Notes under the pieces: model-generated
What the model was told of the DNA's origin: nothing
What the model saw: only the letters and a program-made list of their open reading frames with translations
The model's database searches: none
Made by a program: the position numbers and the translations under genes
Source of the DNA: the human T2T-CHM13v2.0 reference genome, Homo sapiens
Direction: 5' to 3' (one strand)
Assembly (NCBI RefSeq): GCF_009914755.1
Contig: NC_060948.1
DNA length: 64,000 nucleotides
Shown: piece after piece, positions 1 to 14,635 of the stretch
How positions within the stretch are numbered: position 1 is the first letter of the stretch
Layout of the letters: each line of letters opens with the position of its first letter

Positions 1-364
1 TCGAATGAAATGGAATTGAAAGGAATGGGATCGAATAGAATGGAATATACTGGAATGTAATGTAATGAACTCGAATGTAATTGACTGGAATGGAATGTAC
101 ATGAATGGAAGGTAATCGAATGGAAAGTAATCCAATGGAATAGAATCTAATGCAATAAAATCGACTCAGATAGAGTAGAATGTAATGGAATGGAGTGCAG
201 TGCAATGGAATGGAATGGAATTGAATGCAATGGAATGGAATGGAATGGAATGGAATGGAATGGAATGGAATGGAATGGGATGGAATGGTATGGAATGGAT
301 AGTAATGGACTGGAGTGAAATGGACTGGAAAGGAATGGACTCAAATTGAAAGGGCTCGAAAGGA
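1..364 (+). repeat. Partial unit U0 (3' end)
   Basis: Matches the last ~360 bp of the other units. Carries the GGAAGGTAATC variant (G111) also seen at 46488. Confidence 0.9.
231..275 (+). repeat. Pure (TGGAA)9 microsatellite-like run; hypervariable site present once per unit
   Basis: Perfect pentamer run between GCAGTGCAAT and GGGATGGAATGGTAT. There are 6 copies at 3821-3850 and 10 at 7380-7429. Confidence 0.85.
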
Positions 365-3300
365 ATGGAGTCAAATGGAATGGTCTGGAATGGAATGAAC
401 ACGAATGTAATGCAATCCAATAGAATGGAATCGAATGGCATGGAATATAAAGAAATGGATTCGAAGAGAATGGAAACAAATGGAATGGAATTGAATGGAA
501 TGGAATTGAATGGAATGGGAACGAATGGAGTGAAATTGTATGCAGTAGAAGGGAATAGAATGGAATGCAAGCGAAAGGAAAGGAATGGATTGGAATGGAA
601 TGGAATTCATTGGAATGGAAGGGAATGTAGTGTAATGGACAGGCCTGGAATAAAGTGGAATGCTACGGTCTCGAATGGAATAAAAATGTATGGAATGGAA
701 TACAAAGAAACGGAATCGAATGTCATAGAATGTAATGGAATGCAACAAAATGGAATCCAAAATCATTGACTGGAAAGGCTGGGTGTCGAAAGGAATTGAC
801 TCCAATGGAATGGAATCGAATGGAATGGAAGTGAATAGAATCGAACTAAATCGAATGGAATGGAATTGATAGGAACGGAATGGAAAGGAATGCAATGATT
901 TGGCATGGAATGGAATCGAATGGCATCGAATGGAATGGAATGGAATGCAATGGAATGGAATGTATTAGAATGTAATGAACTTTAATGGAATGTACTCGAA
1001 TGGATTCGACTGGAATGGAATGTTCTGGAAGTGAATGGACTCCAATGGAATGGATTCAAAAGGAATGGAATCGTACGGAATGGAATCTAATGGAATGGAA
1101 TTAAATGGAAATGAATCAAATTGAATAGCACGGAATTGAATTGAATGGAATGGAATGCAATGGAATCTAATGAAACGGAAAGGAAAGGAATGGAATGGAA
1201 TGGAATGGGCTGGAATGGAAAGGAATCGAAACGAATGGAATGGAATCGAACTGAAGAGACTGGAATGGAATGCAATGGAATGGAATGCACTGGAATGGAA
1301 GGGAGTGTAATGGAAGGTTCTCGAAAAAAATGGAATCGAATGGAATGGAATTGAATGGAACGGAATAGAGTCGAATGGAATTGAATGGAATGGAATGGAC
1401 TAGAGTGAAATGGAATCAAACCACAAGGAATGGAGAGGAATAGAATGGTCTCGAATTGAATGGAATCGTATGGAATGGCATCAAACGGAATGGAATGGAC
1501 AGCCAGGGAATGGAATGCACTCGAATGCAATGGAGTCGAAACTAATGGACTGGAATAGAATGGACTCGACTGGTACGGACTCCAATGCAATGGAATCGAA
1601 TGGAAGGGAATCGAACGGAATGGACTCGAAGGGAAAAGACTGCAATGGAAAGGTCTCGAATGGAATGGAAATTAATGGAATGGAATGGAATCGAATGAAA
1701 TGGAGTCAAAAGGAATGGAATCGAATGGCAAGAAATCGAATGTAATGGAATCGCAAGGAATTGATGTGAACGGAACGGAATGGAATGGAATCCAAAGGAA
1801 TGGAATAGAATGGAATGGAATCGAATGGAAAGGACTCGAATGGAAATCACTCGAATAGAATGCAATTTAATAAAATAGGATCAAATGTAATGGAATGGAA
1901 TGGAAAGGAATCGAAACGAAAGGAATGGAGACAGATGGAATGGAATAGAACAGAGAGCAATGGTATAGAATGGAATGGAATCATCTGGAATGGAATTGAA
2001 TGGAATGGAATAATATGAAATGGAATGGAATGGAATGGAATGGAATGCCCTTGAATTAAATGGACTGGAATGGAATGGACTCGAACAGAGTGGAATGGAA
2101 AGTGTTGAGATAGAATGGAATGGACTCCTTTGGAATGGTGTAGTATGCAATGCAATCGACTGGCAGGGAATCAAAAGGAATGTAATGGAATGGACTGGAC
2201 TGGAATGCAATGGACTCGAATAGATTGGAAACGGAATGCAAAGAAATGGAATGGAATAGTATGGAATGGAATGGAAAGGAATGGAGTGGAATAGACTAGA
2301 GTGGAATGGAATGGACTGGAAAGCAATGGACTGGAATGGAACTTTCTTGAATGGACTGGAATCAAACGGAATGGAATGCAATGCAATCAAATGGCATGGA
2401 ATAAAATAGAATGAAAGAGAATCAAATGGAATTGAATCGAATGGAATCGAATGGATTGGAAAGGAATAGAATGGAATGGAATGGAATGGACTCAAATGGA
2501 ATGGACTAGAATGGAATGGATTCGAATGGAAGGCAAAGGAATGGAATCTATTGGAATGGACTGTAATGGAATGGAATGGAAGGGATTGGAATGGACTCGA
2601 ATGGAATGGACTGCAATAGAAAGGATTCGAATGGAATGAAAAAGAATTGAATGGAATAGAACAGAATGGAATCAAATCGAATGAAATGGAATGGAATAGA
2701 AAGGAATGGAATGAAATGGAATGGAAAGGATTCGAATGGAATGCAATCGAATGGAATGGAATCGAACGGAATGGAATAAAATGGAAGAAAACTGGCAAGA
2801 AATGGAATCGAAATGAATGGAGTGTTATGGAACGGACTCAAAAGGAATTGAATGTAATAGAATGGAGTGGAGTGGACTCGAATATAATGGACTGGAATGG
2901 AATGAAATCACATGGAATGGGAACGAATGGAATGGAATGGAAAGGAATGGAATCGAATGGAAAGGAATCGAATGGAAGGGAATGAAATTGAATCAACAGG
3001 AATGGAAGGGAATAGAATAGACGGTAATGGAATGGACTCGAATAGAATGGACACGAATGCTCAAATTGAATGGACTCGAATGGAATGGAAACGAAAGGAA
3101 TGTCATCGAATGGAATTGAATCGATTGGAATGAAATCGCATAGAATGGAGTGGAATCAAATGGAATTGAATCGAAAGGAAAGGAAGCGAATGGACTGAAA
3201 TGAAATGGAATGGAATTGAATGGAAAGTAATGCAATGGAATAGAATGGAACGAAATTTCACGGAATGGAATCAAACTGAATGGAATCAAATCAATGGAAT

Positions 3301-3938
3301 CAAATCAAATGGAATGGAAAGGAATTGAATGGAGTAGATTGGATTGGATGGGATTGGAATGAAATGTACTGGAAAGGACTCGAATTTCATGAAACGGAAT
3401 GGAATGAATTGGAACGGAATGGACTCGAATGGAATGGAATGTCATGGAATGGCATCAAATGGAACGGCATCAAATGGAATAGAATCGAATGCAATGGAAT
3501 GCTATGGAATGGAATGGAATGCATTGGAATGGAATGTCCTCTAATGGAATGGATTCGAGTGGAATGGAATCGAATATAATGGAGTCGAATGAAATGGAAT
3601 TGAAAGGAATGGGATCGAATACAATGGAATATACTGGAATGTAACGTAATGAACTCGAATGTAATTGACTGGAATGGAATGTACATGAATGGAATGTAAT
3701 CGAATGGAAAGTAATCCAATGGAATAGAATCTAATGCAATAAAATCGACTCAGATAGAGTAGAATGTAATGGAATGGAGTTCAGTGCAATGGAATGGAAT
3801 GGAATGGAATGCAATTGAATGGAATGGAATGGAATGGAATGGAATGGAATGGGATGGAATGGTATGGAATGGATAGTAATGGACTGGAGTGAAATGGACT
3901 GGAAAGGAATGGACTCAAATTGAAAGGGCTCGAAAGGA
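365..3938 (+). repeat. DYZ1 unit U1, 3574 bp
   Basis: Landmark-to-landmark distance; EcoRI 603-608, HaeIII 642-645; 15-bp insertion at ~1271-1285. Confidence 0.92.
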
Positions 3939-6900
3939 ATGGAGTCAAATGGAATGGTCTGGAATGGAATGAACACGAATGTAATGCAATCCAATAGAAT
4001 GGAATCGAATGGCATGGAATATAAAGAAATGGAATCGGAGAGAATGGAAACAAATGGAATGGAATTGAATGGAATGGAATTGAATGGAATGGGAACGAAT
4101 GGAGTGAAATTGTATGCAGTAGAAGGGAATAGAATGGAATGCAAGCGAAAGGAAAGGAATGGATTGGAATGGAATGGAATTCATTGGAATGGAAGGGAAT
4201 GTAGTGTAATGGACAGGCCTGGAATAAAGTGGAATGCTACGGTCTCGAATGGGATAAAAATGTATGGAATGGAATGCAATGAAATGGAATCGAATGTCAT
4301 AGAATGTAATGGAATGCAACAAAATGGAATCCAAAATCATTGACTGGAAAGGCTGGGTGTCGAAAGGAATTGACTCCAATGGAATGGAATCGAATGGAAT
4401 GGAAGTGAATAGAATCGAACTAAATCGAATGGAATGGAATTGATAGGAACGGAATGGAAAGGAATGCAATGATTTGGCATGGAATGGAATCGAATGGCAT
4501 CGAATGGAATGGAATGGAATGCAATGGAATGGAATGTATTAGAATGTAATGAACTTTAATGGAATGTACTCGAATGGATTCGAATGGAATGGAATGTTCT
4601 GGAAGTGAATGGACTCCAATGGAATGGATTCCAAAGGAATGGAATCGTACGGAATGGAATCTAATGGAATGGAATTAAATGGAAATGAATCAAATTGAAT
4701 AGCACGGAATTGAATTGAATGGAATGGAATGCAATGGAATCTAATGAAACGGAAAGGAAAGGAATGGAATGGAATGGAATGGGCTGGAATGGAAAGGAAT
4801 CGAAACGAATGGAATGGAATCGAACTGAAGAGACTGGAATGGAATGCACTGGAATGGAAGGGAGTGTAATGGAAGGTTCTCGAAAAAAATGGAATCGACT
4901 GGAATGGAATTGAATGGAACGGAATAGAGTCGAATGGAATTGAATGGAATGGAATGGACTAGAGTGATATGGAATCGAACCACAAGGAATGGAGAGGAAT
5001 AGAATGGTCTCGAATTGAATGGAATCGTATGGAGTGGCATCAAACGGAATGGAATGGACAGCCACGGAATGGAATGCACTCGAATGCAATGGAGTCGAAA
5101 CTAATGGACTGGAATAGAATGGACTCGACTGGTACGGACTCCAATGGAATGGAATCGAATGGAAGGGAATCGAACGGAATGGACTCGAAGGGAAAAGACT
5201 GCAATGGAAAGGTCTCGAATGGAATGGAAATTAATGGAATGGAATGGAATCGAATGAAATGGAGTCAAAAGGAATGGAATCGAATGGCAACAAATCGAAT
5301 GTAATGGAATCGCAAGGAATTGATGTGAAAGGAACGGAATGGAATGGAATCCAAAGGAATGGAATAGAATGGAATGGAATCGAATGGAAAGGACTCGAAT
5401 GGAAATCACTCGAATAGAATGCAATTTAATAAAATAGGATCAAATGTAATGGAATGGAATGGAAAGGAATCGAAACGAAAGGAATGGAGACAGATGGAAT
5501 GGAATGGAAGAGAGAGCAATGGTATAGAATGGAATGGAATCATCTGGAATGGAATTGAATGGAATGGAATAATATGAAATGGAATGGAATGGAATGGAAT
5601 GGAATGGAATGCCCTTGAATTAAATGGACTGGAATGGAATGGACTCGAACAGAGTGGAATGGAAAGTGTTGAGATAGAATGGAATGGACTCCTTTGGAAT
5701 GGTGTAGTATGCAATGCAATCGACTGGCAGGGAATCAAAAGGAATGTAATGGAATGGACTGGACTGGAATGCAATGGACTCGAATAGATTGGAAACGGAA
5801 TGCAAAGAAATGGAATGGAATAGTATGGAATGGAATGGAAAGGAATGGAGTGGAATAGACTAGAGTGGAATGGAATGGACTGGAAAGCAATGGACTGGAA
5901 TGGAACTTTCTTGAATGGACTGGAATCAAACGGAATGGAATGCAATGCAATCAAATGGCATGGAATAAAATAGAATGAAAGAGAATCAAATGGAATTGAA
6001 TCGAATGGAATCGAATGGATTGGAAAGGAATAGAATGGAATGGAATGGAATGGACTCAAATGGAATGGACTAGAATGGAATGGATTCGAATGGAAGGCAA
6101 AGGAATGGAATCTATTGGAATGGACTGTAATGGAATGGAATGGAAGGGATTGGAATGGACTCGAATGGAATGGACTGCAATAGAAAGGATTCGAATGGAA
6201 TGAAAAAGAATTGAATGGAATAGAACAGAATGGAATCAAATCGAATGAAATGGAATGGAATAGAAAGGAATGGAATGAAATGGAATGGAAAGGATTCGAA
6301 TGGAATGCAATCGAATGGAATGGAATCGAACGGAATGGAATAAAATGGAAGAAAACTGGCAAGAAATGGAATCGAAATGAATGGAGTGTTATGGAACGGA
6401 CTCAAAAGGAATTGAATGTAATAGAATGGAGTGGAGTGGACTCGAATATAATGGACTGGAATGGAATGAAATCACATGGAATGGGAACGAATGGAATGGA
6501 ATGGAAAGGAATGGAATCGAATGGAAAGGAATCGAATGGAAGGGAATGAAATTGAATCAACAGGAATGGAAGGGAATAGAATAGACGGTAATGGAATGGA
6601 CTCGAATAGAATGGACACGAATGCTCAAATTAAATGGACTCGAATGGAATGGAAACGAAAGGAATGTCATCGAATGGAATTGAATCGATTGGAATGAAAT
6701 CGCATAGAATGGAGTGGAATCAAATGGAATTGAATCGAAAGGAAAGGAAGCGAATGGACTGAAATGAAATGGAATGGAATTGAATGGAAAGTAACGCAAT
6801 GGAATAGAATGGAACGAAATTTCACGGAATGGAATCAAACTGAATGGAATCAAATCAATGGAATCAAATCAAATGGAATGGAAAGGAATTGAATGGAGTA

Positions 6901-7517
6901 GATTGGATTGGATGGGATTGGAATGAAATGTACTGGAAAGGACTCGAATTTCATGAAACGGAATGGAATGAATTGGAACGGAATGGACTCGAATGGAATG
7001 GAATGTCATGGAATGGCATCAAATGGAATGGCATCAAATGGAATGGAATCGAATGCAATGGAATGCTATGGAATGGAATGGAATGCATTGGAATGGAATG
7101 TCCTCTAATGGAATGGATTCGAGTGGAATGGAATCGAATATAATGGAGTCGAATGAAATGGAATTGAAAGGAATGGGATCGAATAGAATGGAATATACTG
7201 GAATGTAATGTAATGAACTCGAATGTAATTGACTGGAATGGAATGTACATGAATGGAATGTAATCGAATGGAAAGTAATCCAATGGAATAGAATCTAATG
7301 CAATAAAACCGACTCAGATAGAGTAGAATGTAATGGAATGGAGTGCAGTGCAATGGAAGGGAATGGAATTGAATGCAATGGAATGGAATGGAATGGAATG
7401 GAATGGAATGGAATGGAATGGAATGGAATGGGATGGAATGGTATGGAATGGATAGTAATGGACTGGAGTGAAATGGACTGGAAAGGAATGGACTCAAATT
7501 GAAAGGGCTCGAAAGGA
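3939..7517 (+). repeat. DYZ1 unit U2, 3579 bp
   Basis: Landmark spacing; HaeIII 4216; one extra pentamer at ~5581-5610. Confidence 0.92.
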
Positions 7518-10500
7518 ATGGAGTCAAATGGAATGGTCTGGAATGGAATGAACACGAATGTAATGCAATCCAATAGAATGGAATCGAATGGCATGGAATA
7601 TAAAGAAATGGAATCGAAGAGAATGGAAACAAATGGAATGGAATTGAATGGAATGGAATTGAATGGAATGGGAACGAATGGAGTGAAATTGTATGCAGTA
7701 GAAGGGAATAGAATGGAATGCAAGCGAAAGGAAAGGAATGGATTGGAATGGAATGGAATTCATTGGAATGGAAGGGAATGTAGTGTAATGGACAGGCCTG
7801 GAATAAAGTGGAATGCTACGGTCTCGAATGGAATAAAAATGTATGGAATGGAATGCAATGAAACGGAATCGAATGTCATAGAATGTAATGGAATGCAAAA
7901 AAATGGAATCCAAAATCATTGACTGGAAAGGCTGGGTGTCGAAAGGAATTGACTCCAATGGAATGGAATCGAATGGAATGGAAGTGAATAGAATCGAACT
8001 AAATCGAATGGAATGGAATTGATAGGAACGGAATGGAAAGGAATGCAATGATTTGGCATGGAATGGAATCGAATGGCATCGAATGGAATGGAATGGAATG
8101 CAATGGAATGGAATGTATTAGAATGTAATGAACTTTAATGGAATGTACTCGAATGGATTCGACTGGAATGGAATGTTCTGGAAGTGAATGGACTCCAATG
8201 GAATGGATTCAAAAGGAATGGAATCGTACGGAATGGAATCTAATGGAATGGAATTAAATGGAAATGAATCAAATTGAATAGCACGGAATTGAATTGAATG
8301 GAATGGAATGCAATGGAATCTAATGAAACGGAAAGGAAAGGAATGGAATGGAATGGAATGGACTGGAATGGAAAGGAATCGAAACGAATGGAATGGAATC
8401 GAACTGAAGAGACTGGAATGGAATGCACTGGAATGGAAGGGAGTGTAATGGAAGGTTCTCGAAAAAAATGGAATCTAATGGAATGGAATTGAATGGAACG
8501 GAATAGAGTCGAATGGAATTGAATGGAATGGAATGGACTAGAGTGAAATGGAATCGAACCACAAGGAATGGACATGAATAGAATGGTCTCGAATTGAATG
8601 GAATCGTATGGAATGGCATCAAACGGAATGGAATGGACAGCCACGGAATGGAATGCACTCGAATGCAATGGAGTCGAAACTAATGGACTGGAATAGAATG
8701 GACTCGACTGGTACGGACTCCAATGGAATGGAATCGAATGGAAGGGAATCGAACGGAATGGACTCGAAGGGAAAAGACTGCAATGGAAAGGTCTCGAATG
8801 GAATGGAAATTAATGGAATGGAATGGAATCGAATGAAATGTAGTCAAAAGGAATGGAATCGTATGGCAAGAAATCGAATGTAATGGAATCACAAGGAATT
8901 GATGTGAACGGAACGGAATGGAATGGAATCCAAAGGAATGGAATAGAATGGAATGGAATCGAATGGAAAGGACTCGAATGGAAATCACTCGAATAGAATG
9001 CAATTTAATAAAATAGGATCAAATGTAATGGAATGGAATGAAAAGGAATCGAAACGAAAGGAATGGAGACAGATGGAATGGAATGGAACAGAGAGCAATG
9101 GTATAGAATGGAATGGAATCATCTGGAATGGAATTGAATGGAATGGAATAATATGAAATGGAATGGAATGGAATGGAATGGAATGCCCTTGAATTAAATG
9201 GACTGGAATGGAATGGACTCGAACAGAGTGGAATGGAAAGTGTTGAGATAGAATGGAATGGACTCCTTTGGAATGGTGTAGTATGCAATGCAATCGACTG
9301 GCAGGGAATCAAAAGGAATGTAATCGAATGGATTGGACTGGAATGCAATGGACTCGAATAGATTGGAAACGGGATGCAAAGGAATGGAATGGAATAGTAT
9401 GGAATGGAATGGAAAGGAATGGAGTGGAATAGACTAGAGTGGAATGGAATGGACTGGAAAGCAATGGACTGGAATGGAACTTTCTTGAATGGACTGGAAT
9501 CAAACGGAATGGAATGCAATGCAATCAAATGGCATGGAATAAAATAGAATGAAAGAGAATCAAATGGAATTGAATCGAATGGAATCGAATGGATTGGAAA
9601 GGAATAGAATGGAATGGAATGGAATTGACTCAAATGGAATGGACTAGAATGGAATGGATTCGAATGGAAGGCAAAGGAATGGAATCTATTGGAATGGCCT
9701 GTAATGGAATGGAATGGAAGGGATTGGAATGGACTCGAATGGAATGGACTGCTATAGAAAGGATTCGAATGGAATGAAAAAGAATTGAATGGAATAGAAC
9801 AGAATGGAATCAAATCGAATGAAATGGAATGGAATAGAAAGGAATGGAATGAAATGGAATGGAAAAGATTCGAATGGAATGCAATCGAATGGAATGGAAT
9901 CGAACGGAATGGAATAAAATGGAAGAAAACTGGCAAGAAATGGAATCGAAATGAATGGAGTGTTATGGAACGGACTCAAAAGGAATTGAATGTAATAGAA
10001 TGGAGTGGAGTGGACTCGAATATAATGGACTGGAATGGAATGAAATCACATGGAATGGGAACGAATGGAATGGAATGGAAAGGAATGGAATCGAATGGAA
10101 AGGAATCGAATGGAAGGGAATGAAATTGAATCAACAGGAATGGAAGGGAATAGAATAGACGGTAATGGAATGGACTCGAATAGAATGGACACGAATGCTC
10201 AAATTGAATGGACTCGAATGGAATGGAAACGAAAGGAATGTCATCGAATGGAATTGAATCGATTGGAATGAAATCGCATAGAATGGAGTGGAATCAAATG
10301 GAATTGAATCGAAAGGAAAGGAAGCGAATGGACTGAAATGAAATGGAATGGAATTGAATGGAAAGTAATGCAATGGAATAGAATGGAACGAAATTTCACG
10401 GAATGGAATCAAACTGAATGGAATCAAATCAATGGAATCAAATCAAATGGAATGGAAAGGAATTGAATGGAGTAGATTGGATTGGATGGGATTGGAATGA

Positions 10501-11081
10501 AATGTACTGGAAAGGACTCGAATTTCATGAAACGGAATGGAATGAATTGGAACGGAATGGACTCGAATGGAATGGAATGTCATGGAATGGCATCAAATGG
10601 AATGGCATCAAATGGAATGGAATCGAATGCAATGGAATGCTATGGAATGGAATGGAATGCATTGGAATGGAATGTCCTCTAATGGAATGGATTCGAGTGG
10701 AATGGAATCGAATATAATGGAGTCGAATGAAATGGAATTGAAAGGAATGGGATCGAATACAATGGAATATACTGGAATGTAATGTAATGAACTCGAATGT
10801 AATTGACTGGAATGGAATGTACATGAATGGAATGTAATCGAATGGAAAGTAATCCAATGGAATAGAATCTAATGCAATAAAATCGACTCAGATAGAGTAG
10901 AATGTAATGGAATGGAGTGCAGTGCAATGGAATGGAATGGAATGGAATGCAATTGAATGGAATGGAATGGAATGGAATGGAATGGAATGGAATGGGATGG
11001 AATGGTATGGAATGGATAGAAATGGACTGGAGTGAAATGGACTGGAAAGGAATGGACTCAAATTGAAAGGGCTCGAAAGGA
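7518..11081 (+). repeat. DYZ1 unit U3, 3564 bp
   Basis: Landmark spacing; HaeIII 7795 plus an extra GGCC at 9696. Confidence 0.92.
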
Positions 11082-14000
11082 ATGGAGTCAAATGGAATGG
11101 TCTGGAATGGAATGAACACGAATGTAATGCAATCCAATAGAATGGAATCGAATGGCATGGAATATAAAGAAATGGAATCGAAGAGAATGGAAACAAATGG
11201 AATGGAATTGAATAGAATGGGAACGAATGGAGTGAAATTGTATGCAGTAGAAGGGAATAGAATGGAATGCAAGCGAAAGGAAAGGAATGGATTGGAATGG
11301 AATGGAATTCATTGGAATGGAAGGGAATGTAGTGTAATGGACAGGCCTGGAATAAAGTGGAATGCTACGGTCTCGAATGGAATAAAAATGTATGGAATGG
11401 AATGCAATGAAATGGAATCGAATGTCATAGAATGTAATGGAATGCAACAAAATGGAATCCAAAATCATTGACTGGAAAGGCTGGGTGTCGAAAGGAATTG
11501 ACTCCAATGGAATGGAATCGAATGGAATGGAAGTGAATAGAATCGAACTAAATCGAATGGAATGGAATTGATAGGAACGGAATGGAAAGGAATGCAATGA
11601 TTTGGCATGGAATGGAATCGAATGGCATCGAATGGAATGGAATGGAATGCAATGGAATGGAATGTATTAGAATGTAATGAACTTTAATGGAATGTACTCG
11701 AATGGATTCGACTGGAATGGAATGTTCTGGAAGTGAATGGACTCCAATGGAATGGATTCCAAAGGAATGGAATCGTACGGAATGGAATCTAATGGAATGG
11801 AATTAAATGGAAATGAATCAAATTGAATAGCACGGAATTGAATTGAATGGAATGGAATGCAATGGAATCTAATGAAACGGAAAGGAAAGGAATGGAATGG
11901 AATGGAATGGGCTGGAATGGAAAGGAATCGAAACGAATGGAATGGAATCGAACTGAAGAGACTGGAATGGAATGCACTGGAATGGAAGGGAGTGTAATGG
12001 AAGGTTCTCGAAAAAAATGGAATCGAATGGAATGGAATTGAATGGAACGGAATAGAGTCGAATGGAATTGAATGGAATGGAATGGACTAGAGTGATATGG
12101 AATCGAACCACAAGGAATGGAGAGGAATAGAATGGTCTCGAATTGAATGGAATCGTATGGAGTGGCATCAAACGGAATGGAATGGACAGCCACGGAATGG
12201 AATGCACTCGAATGCAATGGAGTCGAAACTAATGGACTGGAATAGAATGGACTCGACTGGTACGGACTCCAATGGAATGGAATGGAATGGAAGGGAATCG
12301 AACGGAATGGACTCGAAGGGAAAAGACTGCAATGGAAAGGTCTCGAATGGAATGGAAATTAATGGAATGGAATGGAATCGAATGAAATGGAGTCAAAAGG
12401 AATGGAATCGAATGGCAACAAATCGAATGTAATGGAATCGCAAGGAATTGATGTGAAAGGAACGGAATGGAATGGAATCCAAAGGAATGGAATAGAATGG
12501 AATGGAATCGAATGGAAAGGACTCGAATGGAAATCACTCGAATAGAATGCAATTTAATAAAATAGGATCAAATGTAATGGAATGGAATGGAAAGGAATCG
12601 AAACGAAAGGAATGGAGACAGATGGAATGGAATGGAACAGAGAGCAATGGTATAGAATGGAATGGAATCATCTGGAATGGAATTGAATGGAATGGAATAA
12701 TATGAAATGGAATGGAATGGAATGGAATGGAATGCCCTTGAATTAAATGGACTGGAATGGAATGGACTCGAACAGAGTGGAATGGAAAGTGTTGAGATAG
12801 AATGGAATGGACTCCTTTGGAATGGTGTAGTATGCAATGCAATCGACTGGCAGGGAATCAAAAGGAATGTAATGGAATGGACTGGACTGGAATGCAATGG
12901 ACTCGAATAGATTGGAAACGGAATGCAAAGAAATGGAATGGAATAGTATGGAATGGAATGGAAAGGAATGGAGTGGAATAGACTAGAGTGGAATGGAATG
13001 GACTGGAAAGCAATGGACTGGAATGGAACTTTCTTGAATGGACTGGAATCAAACGGAATGGAATGCAATGCAATCAAATGGCATGGAATAAAATAGAATG
13101 AAAGAGAATCAAATGGAATTGAATCGAATGGAATCGAATGGATTGGAAAGGAATAGAATGGAATGGAATGGAATGGACTCAAATGGAATGGACTAGAATG
13201 GAATGGATTCGAATGGAAGGCAAAGGAATGGAATCTACTGGAATGGACTGTAATGGAATGGAATGGAAGGGATTGGAATGGACTCGAATGGAATGGACTG
13301 CAATAGAAAGGATTCGAATGGAATGAAAAAGAATTGAATGGAATAGAACAGAATGGAGTCAAATCGAATGAAATGGAATGGAATAGAAAGGAATGGAATG
13401 AAATGGAATGGAAAGGATTCGAATGGAATGCAATCGAATGGAATGGAATCGAACGGAATGGAATAAAATGGAAGAAAACTGGCAAGAAATGGAATCGAAA
13501 TGAATGGAGTGTTATGGAACGGACTCAAAAGGAATTGAATGTAATAGAATGGAGTGGAGTGGACTCGAATATAATGGACTGGAATGGAATGAAATCACAT
13601 GGAATGGGAACGAATGGAATGGAATGGAAAGGAATGGAATCGAATGGAAAGGAATCGAATGGAAGGGAATGAAATTGAATCAACAGGAATGGAAGGGAAT
13701 AGAATAGACGGTAATGGAATGGACTCGAATAGAATGGACACGAATGCTCAAATTAAATGGACTCGAATGGAATGGAAACGAAAGGAATGTCATCGAATGG
13801 AATTGAATCGATTGGAATGAAATCGCATAGAATGGAGTGGAATCAAATGGAATTGAATCGAAAGGAAAGGAAGCGAATGGACTGAAATGAAATGGAATGG
13901 AATTGAATGGAAAGTAACGCAATGGAATAGAATGGAACGAAATTTCACGGAATGGAATCAAACTGAATGGAATCAAATCAATGGAATCAAATCAAATGGA

Positions 14001-14635
14001 ATGGAAAGGAATTGAATGGAGTAGATTGGATTGGATGGGATTGGAATGAAATGTACTGGAAAGGACTCGAATTTCATGAAACGGAATGGAATGAATTGGA
14101 ACGGAATGGACTCGAATGGAATGGAATGTCATGGAATGGCATCAAATGGAATGGCATCAAATGGAATGGAATCGAATGCAATGGAATGCTATGGAATGGA
14201 ATGGAATGCATTGGAATGGAATGTCCTCTAATGGAATGGATTCGAGTGGAATGGAATCGAATATAATGGAGTCGAATGAAATGGAATTGAAAGGAATGGG
14301 ATCGAATAGAATGGAATATACTGGAATGTAATGTAATGAACTCGAATGTAATTGACTGGAATGGAATGTACATGAATGGAATGTAATCGAATGGAAAGTA
14401 ATCCAATGGAATAGAATCTAATGCAATAAAACCGACTCAGATAGAGTAGAATGTAATGGAATGGAGTGCAGTGCAATGGAAGGGAATGGAATTGAATGCA
14501 ATGGAATGGAATGGAATGGAATGGAATGGAATGGAATGGAATGGAATGGGATGGAATGGTATGGAATGGATAGTAATGGACTGGAGTGAAATGGACTGGA
14601 AAGGAATGGACTCAAATTGAAAGGGCTCGAAAGGA
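11082..14635 (+). repeat. DYZ1 unit U4, 3554 bp
   Basis: Landmark spacing; HaeIII 11344; 15-bp deletion at ~11210. Confidence 0.92.

Noticed and set aside
1864-1880. AATAAA polyadenylation-like and AT-rich motifs (e.g. TTTAATAAAATAGG; also ~154, ~649, ~679, ~2400, ~2775)
   Set aside because: They are easily generated from GGAAT pentamers by GG>AA changes, and there is no associated gene structure or transcript evidence.
365-3938. Unit as a diverged dimer of ~1.8-kb halves, or with internal repeats (recurring GGTCTCGAA-like motifs at ~667, ~1447, ~1652)
   Set aside because: I could not align landmarks at a ~1780-bp offset by eye. A self-comparison of variant pentamers would be needed, so this is unsupported for now.
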